A stretch of DNA of 64,000 bases, taken from the NCBI GenBank assembly GCA_965222115.1, contig CBDCTJ010000007.1:1824001-1888000 (forward strand), in the 5' to 3' direction. The DNA is from Planctomycetota bacterium (GTDB lineage Bacteria > Planctomycetota > PLA2 > JAEUHO01). Position numbers and translations under genes: made by a program. A model generated the notes under the pieces. That model did not search any database. It was not told where the DNA came from and saw only the letters and a list, made by a program, of their open reading frames with translations. Positions 59,079 to 64,000 of this stretch are shown one piece after another; the first letter of the stretch is position 1, and each line of letters starts with the position of its first letter.

Positions 59079-60449
59079 ATGACCGTCTTCCGCGCACTTT
59101 CCGGTCTCTTTGTCCCTCTGTTTGTGGTTTCGCTAGTTTTCGTTGGTTGTGGCGACTCGGAAACATCGAATGAGACGACCCAGGACGGTGCATCAAACGG
59201 CGTAACGAACGGCGCATCAAGCGGCACTGTAGCCAAGCCCGATGGCGACCAGTCGAAGGCAGCAGGGACGAGCAAGGGGGACGACGGTGGCGCGCGAGCC
59301 GGCGGTCTTGCATCCCATGCCGATCTCGGCGATGCGCTCACCAAGAAAGTTCACGCGGCGCTACGAAAGGCACGTCACGGGCTTGCGCGCGTTCAAGAAG
59401 ACGACGGGTCGTTTGGCGCGCCTTCGCTCGACATGCCGCCAAGTGTTGGTTTTACGGCCATGGTCACGATGGGGCTCATGGCAGCGACCACCAAGACGCA
59501 GGTTGCCAAAGATGAGGCCATCAACGAAGCGCTTGCGTTTATCGCATCCAAGCAGAAGGAAAACGGCGCCATCTTTGGAAACCCTCAACACATTACCTAT
59601 GAGACCAGTGTTGCCGTGGGCGCGTTCGCGCTAGCGCGCATACCCAAGTTTCGTTCGAATCAAATGAAGGCCCGGAACTACCTCGTTGAGAGTCAAATCG
59701 TGGCCGATGAGAGCGACGCGTCGCATGGTGGCTTTCCCTACAAACAAGACAAAGGACAGCCGGCCGATCTGAGCAATGCGCAGATGGCCGCGACCGCGCT
59801 CTACGACGCCGAGCTCGATAAGGACCACGCGCTTTGGAAGCACCTTCGCTCCTTTACCAAGCGCGTTCAAAACGACTCCGAGTCCAATACAACGGAACAG
59901 GAGATCGAGCACGACGGAAAGAAGATAGTTGTCGTGTCGGGACAAGACGGCGGTGGCATCTACGGGCCCGGGCTGGTGAAGGCGGGCGTCGTGAAACGCG
60001 GTGACGGAAAATGGGAGATTCGCAGCTACGGTTCCATGGGGTATGCGCTGCTCAAGTGTCTCCTGTTTGCGGGCGTCAAGCCCGAAGACCGCCGCGTACA
60101 GATCCTGGTGAAGTGGTTGAGTGACCATTGGACCGTCGATAAGAACCCCGGATTCGAAGCGCATGAGAATCCTGAGATGGCCGGTCAACAAGGGCTCTTT
60201 TACTACTACTTCACGTGCGCGCGCGCATTGGCCGAATACGAAAAGCACGCGGGCAAGCCCTTGGTCATTAAAGATCGCGCCGGAAAAGAGCACCACTGGC
60301 GTCGCGAACTTGCGGAGAAGATTCTTTCGCTCCAACAAGAGAACGGCTTGTGGAAAAACAAGGTCGATCGTTGGGGTGAGAGCGCCGAGACATTGGCGTC
60401 CGGGTATGCCATGCAGGCACTCGGATTCATCACAGGGCGGCTTCCGTAA
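59079..60449 (+). CDS. Prenyltransferase/squalene-oxidase repeat (alpha/alpha toroid) lipoprotein
   Basis: Lipobox VFVG-C; QEDDGSF, QKENGAI, ADLSN, YGSM, QQENGLW repeats. Confidence 0.75.
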   Translation: MTVFRALSGLFVPLFVVSLVFVGCGDSETSNETTQDGASNGVTNGASSGTVAKPDGDQSKAAGTSKGDDGGARAGGLASHADLGDALTKKVHAALRKARHGLARVQEDDGSFGAPSLDMPPSVGFTAMVTMGLMAATTKTQVAKDEAINEALAFIASKQKENGAIFGNPQHITYETSVAVGAFALARIPKFRSNQMKARNYLVESQIVADESDASHGGFPYKQDKGQPADLSNAQMAATALYDAELDKDHALWKHLRSFTKRVQNDSESNTTEQEIEHDGKKIVVVSGQDGGGIYGPGLVKAGVVKRGDGKWEIRSYGSMGYALLKCLLFAGVKPEDRRVQILVKWLSDHWTVDKNPGFEAHENPEMAGQQGLFYYYFTCARALAEYEKHAGKPLVIKDRAGKEHHWRRELAEKILSLQQENGLWKNKVDRWGESAETLASGYAMQALGFITGRLP

Positions 60450-60522
60450 GTCCTATTTGCCGCAGCGGCTCCCACCTTCTTTGGCGGATCCTATCGTCTT
60501 CGGCGGATAGGGTACTGACCTC

Positions 60523-61212
60523 ATGAACGCTCGCCATTTACGTACGTGTTTTCCGGCCCTCATTCCGGTGCTTCTTTGGACGATGCTTTACGCCGTTCAG
60601 TTCGCCGGAGGTGAGGACGGGGGGAGCGCGTCGCGCCGTGTCTTTCATGCCGACGTAATCGCGATGATTGCGATCTCGCTGGGTGCCTGTTTTCTTGTAG
60701 GCGCTCTGCGTAGGCGCTTAACCACCATCGCGTTGGCCATACTTCTCGTCACATTGATTCGAATGCTGTTCCTTGGCTTCGATGGGGCGCTCGCCTGGTT
60801 GGCGATCGCGTTCCTCGTGACATGCGTGGCACTTGGGTTGGCGCGTGTTGGATGGTTGGCAGGACTCAGCGCGGTGCAGGCGGGCGTTGCACCGTCGCTG
60901 GTATTGATCATCGCGAGCGTTGGCATCTACGGTATCGACGCCATTGGTGAAACGGCTGACGTGTCGGAACGTTTCCCAATCAAGCAGGCGCTCCTCAATA
61001 TGGATCCGGCGACGACGTGCGCCCACGAGGCATCACAGCACGATCGACTCCATGACCCCCTCATCTACGACCGCGTTGACGTTGCCTCGTCTCTGGTGAC
61101 ACCGCCCACCTTACGAAACTTCGTGTTTGCGTGGGGACCGTGTGCGCTCATTTTGCTCGTGATCGCGCTTCTTCCCGGCCGTCGTTCGGTGGCGAGGCCT
61201 GCTCATGAGTGA
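60523..61212 (+). CDS. Hypothetical membrane protein
   Basis: Multiple TM helices; overlaps the next gene. Confidence 0.55.
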   Translation: MNARHLRTCFPALIPVLLWTMLYAVQFAGGEDGGSASRRVFHADVIAMIAISLGACFLVGALRRRLTTIALAILLVTLIRMLFLGFDGALAWLAIAFLVTCVALGLARVGWLAGLSAVQAGVAPSLVLIIASVGIYGIDAIGETADVSERFPIKQALLNMDPATTCAHEASQHDRLHDPLIYDRVDVASSLVTPPTLRNFVFAWGPCALILLVIALLPGRRSVARPAHE

Positions 61213-62677
61213 TTCCGACCGACCTCTGGCGCTCGTTGTGGGGGCGGGTGGGATCGGTTGTCCGGCCGCATGGGCACTTGCTCGTTCTGGGCGGTGGCGC
61301 TTGCGACTTATTGACCACGATCGCGTCGAACTCAGCAACCTTCCTCGGCAAGTGCTCTATGGCCCCGACGACGTCGGTCGTCCCAAGGCAAAGGTGGCCG
61401 CGGAACGCTTGCGTACGCTCGCTTCGGTTGAAGGCATTCATGCGCGCCTCGATTCCGACACCATCGACAACGTACTCGATGGTGTCAGCGTCATGATTGA
61501 TGCCACCGACGGTGCGCAAACCAAGGACTGGCTCAATCAACTTGCCGTACGCACCCGCACGCCCTTCGTTCATGCAGCGGGCCTTCGCAGCGAAGCGCGA
61601 CTTATGGCCATCGCCGCGGGTGGCGCGCCGTGTCTTTCGTGTGTTTTTGGGCGACTGGAAGATGATGGCGGTCGATGCAGTGATCTGGGTGTATGGAATG
61701 GCGTCGTTGGCGCGATTGGGTGTCTAGCCGCGCATCGCGCCGACGCGTTGAGGCGCCATGCGTCGCAACCTGCCTATGAAGTGCTCGATATGGCAGCGGG
61801 CCGTGCACTGTCGTTGGGCGCACGTCCGCGCGCCGCGTGCCCTGTATGTGGCGCGTCGAGTGGCGACATGGCGGTGGAGCCCTTCCCCGAATTCGTTGCC
61901 TGCGATGTGCCAAATGGTCAGGCGTCGCCATCACCGACGGCTCCCGGTCCCATTGCACATCGTTTGGACCTATCCAGTGAACGTTGTCCGATGAACTTGC
62001 TTCGCGCCCGTCAAGCACTAGACGCACTCGAACGTGATGAACTGATCGAGTTCACGTTGGGGCAAGAGGGTGCCGCCACCGTTCCCGATGGCGTGCGTAT
62101 GCTCGGGCACGACGTCGTTGAGGTTCGTCGCCGCGCCGAGGACGAGGGCGTTCATGTGGTGGTGCGCGTATCCGCCGCGCCGTCGGCGTCCGAACTGCCG
62201 CGTCTCCCCTCCGAGATCGTGCAACGTTTCGCTCGACAACTTGTGCTCGAAGACGTGGGCAGCGCAGGTCAACAGACACTCTTTCGATCCACGGTTCGCG
62301 TTGTGTCGCAATCCTCGTTGCTTCTCGATACCGCCCTTATCTATCTTGCGGCGGCGGGCGTGGGCCGTTTTCAACTGGCGGCGTCGTATGCAACGAGTTG
62401 CTCTGCGCGTCACCGCACCCATCTTGAGCGAGTCGCTGTTGGCGTCTTCGATGAAGCCGACTCAGGCACCCGTGAGGGGTTCACTCTCGTTGTCGAGAAC
62501 CGTGAGCTTGAAGGCGTCGTGCCCGTCCCCAATGAAACGCGCGACCTCCCGCCGAGCATTGCGATGGCTCGCGGTGCACTTCTGGCGGACCACATTCAAC
62601 GGCGCTTGGTGGACTCTTCGGGAGCGGCACCCGCCTTGATCGGCGTGAGCAATGATGGCGCGCTTCAAAGTGTTTGA
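61205..62677 (+). CDS. ThiF/MoeB adenylyltransferase fused to TusA-like sulfur carrier and a degenerate second ThiF-like domain
   Basis: VVGAGGIG, DHDRVELSNLPRQ, DATD, CLSC, CPVC; LDLSSERCPMN (TusA); RFARQLVLEDVGSAGQ..YLAAAGVG. Confidence 0.8.
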   Translation: MSDSDRPLALVVGAGGIGCPAAWALARSGRWRLRLIDHDRVELSNLPRQVLYGPDDVGRPKAKVAAERLRTLASVEGIHARLDSDTIDNVLDGVSVMIDATDGAQTKDWLNQLAVRTRTPFVHAAGLRSEARLMAIAAGGAPCLSCVFGRLEDDGGRCSDLGVWNGVVGAIGCLAAHRADALRRHASQPAYEVLDMAAGRALSLGARPRAACPVCGASSGDMAVEPFPEFVACDVPNGQASPSPTAPGPIAHRLDLSSERCPMNLLRARQALDALERDELIEFTLGQEGAATVPDGVRMLGHDVVEVRRRAEDEGVHVVVRVSAAPSASELPRLPSEIVQRFARQLVLEDVGSAGQQTLFRSTVRVVSQSSLLLDTALIYLAAAGVGRFQLAASYATSCSARHRTHLERVAVGVFDEADSGTREGFTLVVENRELEGVVPVPNETRDLPPSIAMARGALLADHIQRRLVDSSGAAPALIGVSNDGALQSV

Positions 62678-62683
62678 GCGTAT

Positions 62684-63604
62684 CTAGCGACCCAGCTTGC
62701 CAAGACCCTGATAGATGCCGCCATAAAACGAGATGACTTCGTAGGCAACAAAGCCACCCACGACCAAAATAAACACGACGGGCAAGATCTGTCGAACCTT
62801 TGATCGGCGCAGGCGCACGCGCTCTTGCAGACCGAGGGCAAGGCGCGTGGCAACGTCGGGAAGATCACCGGCGCGTTCTCCCAGCGTGAGGGAGGTCGCA
62901 TGTTCCGTGGGGACGGCGTGCCACGATTCCTCCAGCGGCCTGCCGGTTGGAAGTTGCCGTCGCGCGGTATGGAGGTCGCTTGCGACGCGCCCCCCCGCAC
63001 CGGCTCGCGCGCTCAGCGAGAGAGTTTCCTCAAGCGGCACGCCCCCTTGTAAGAGATCGCCCATCGCTTGATAGGCCATGGCGTCTCTCGTTTCAATGAG
63101 GTTGCGATTTCCGAACCAAACCGTCGGTGCTTCTACGCTGGTAGTGCCCTTGTCGTAGGAACGTTTGGCGCGCGCGCGAAGAAACAACCAGATGTAGAGC
63201 GGTGCCAGCAACACGCCCGCCATCATGAGGCTGCGAAACGTTGATCCTCGAATCGCACCGAACACAAAGATCAACAGCGAAACAATGTGTGCGAGCAGAA
63301 TGGGATAGACGAGCGCGGCGGCTTCCTCACGACGATGTCGTGCTTCTTCGTCTTTGCGATCCGCGAGTTGAACCAGACGAGACTCCAGTGACCCGCTTGC
63401 CTCGCCCGCGCGAATGAGTGCTCGATCCAGGGGTGACACATGTTGCGCCAATGCATCGCTAAGCGGCGCACCGGCGCGCACCTCGTCCGTCGCCTGCTTG
63501 AGCGGTGCCTTGCCTGCAGCGGCTTGGCCGAGTGCCTCGGCCCACGTGACGCCCGCCCGATGAAAGGAGGCAAGGCTGCGAAAGAACTGCGAAGACACCG
63601 CCAT
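62684..63604 (-). CDS. Type II secretion system F / PilC family protein
   Basis: GAPLSDAL, AGEASGSLE, ALVYP, GERAGDL; two T2SSF domains. Confidence 0.8.
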   Translation of the reverse strand: MAVSSQFFRSLASFHRAGVTWAEALGQAAAGKAPLKQATDEVRAGAPLSDALAQHVSPLDRALIRAGEASGSLESRLVQLADRKDEEARHRREEAAALVYPILLAHIVSLLIFVFGAIRGSTFRSLMMAGVLLAPLYIWLFLRARAKRSYDKGTTSVEAPTVWFGNRNLIETRDAMAYQAMGDLLQGGVPLEETLSLSARAGAGGRVASDLHTARRQLPTGRPLEESWHAVPTEHATSLTLGERAGDLPDVATRLALGLQERVRLRRSKVRQILPVVFILVVGGFVAYEVISFYGGIYQGLGKLGR

Positions 63605-63812
63605 TGGCCCAGCTTACGCGCTAACGTGCGGCGCAAGTCGGCTTTCAACCCGCCCCTCGGTACGAATTCCCTCTGAAACGCGATAGACTGGCGTGGGCGC
63701 GCTGAACCAAGCCGGAATCCCCGCGTTTTTGACGATGTGGAAAGCCGTTCGTGTCTGCCGCCAACCCGCAACCCACGTTAGTTAACACGCCTGTGCCCAA
63801 AGGAATCAAGAG

Positions 63813-64000
63813 ATGAGCGACGCCAACGTCATTGCATGTCCAAGTTGCAATAAGCGCTTCCGGCTTCCTGCACGTCCACCGGCAACCTTCGCCTGCTCCA
63901 ACTGTGGCACCGTCATGGATCTCAGCGCATTTCAAGCAACCGCGCCTGCGATTGCACCGGCTGTCGTATCGGGTGGGCAATCTTCATCCGGAGGCTCGCC
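63813..64000 (+). CDS. Zinc-ribbon domain protein, N-terminal part (runs off the window)
   Basis: Manual translation MSDANVIACPSCNKRFRL...FACSNCGTVM. Confidence 0.6.
   Translation, partial: MSDANVIACPSCNKRFRLPARPPATFACSNCGTVMDLSAFQATAPAIAPAVVSGGQSSSGGS

Overview
This is a ~60% GC bacterial chromosomal segment. The gene content (Trx7/PDZ-type protein, FGE-sulfatase protein, ECF sigma, Ser/Thr kinases, many Gly-linker lipoproteins, lpxB/lpxD) suggests a Planctomycetota-like genome; that is an inference. Housekeeping genes (lysS, lpxD, lpxB, a uvrA paralog, nadA, lipB, argG, methionine gamma-lyase, tRNA-Arg(ACG)) are interspersed with accessory genes. The main observations are: (1) an exported thioredoxin/heme-c/PDZ protein split in the ORF track by two in-frame TGA codons that form U-x-x-U-x-x-C, followed by two SECIS-like hairpins, in an operon with a MauE/DoxX-CxxC protein and a Mo-oxidoreductase/pentapeptide fusion; (2) a ~215-bp structured repeat array anchored on tRNA-Arg, with one unit split by a 2.3-kb integrase-less cargo bounded by a 13-bp direct repeat; (3) a molybdenum locus with MosAB storage protein, ModABC, an EcfT-S fusion and several uncharacterised exported proteins sharing a repeated domain; (4) a convergent pair of a pseudokinase-STAND-TPR protein and an active kinase; (5) LysRS fused to a degenerate HD domain; (6) twin palindromic operators at a DUF6502/DUF5666 locus. 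All family calls come from motif recognition by eye, not from database searches.
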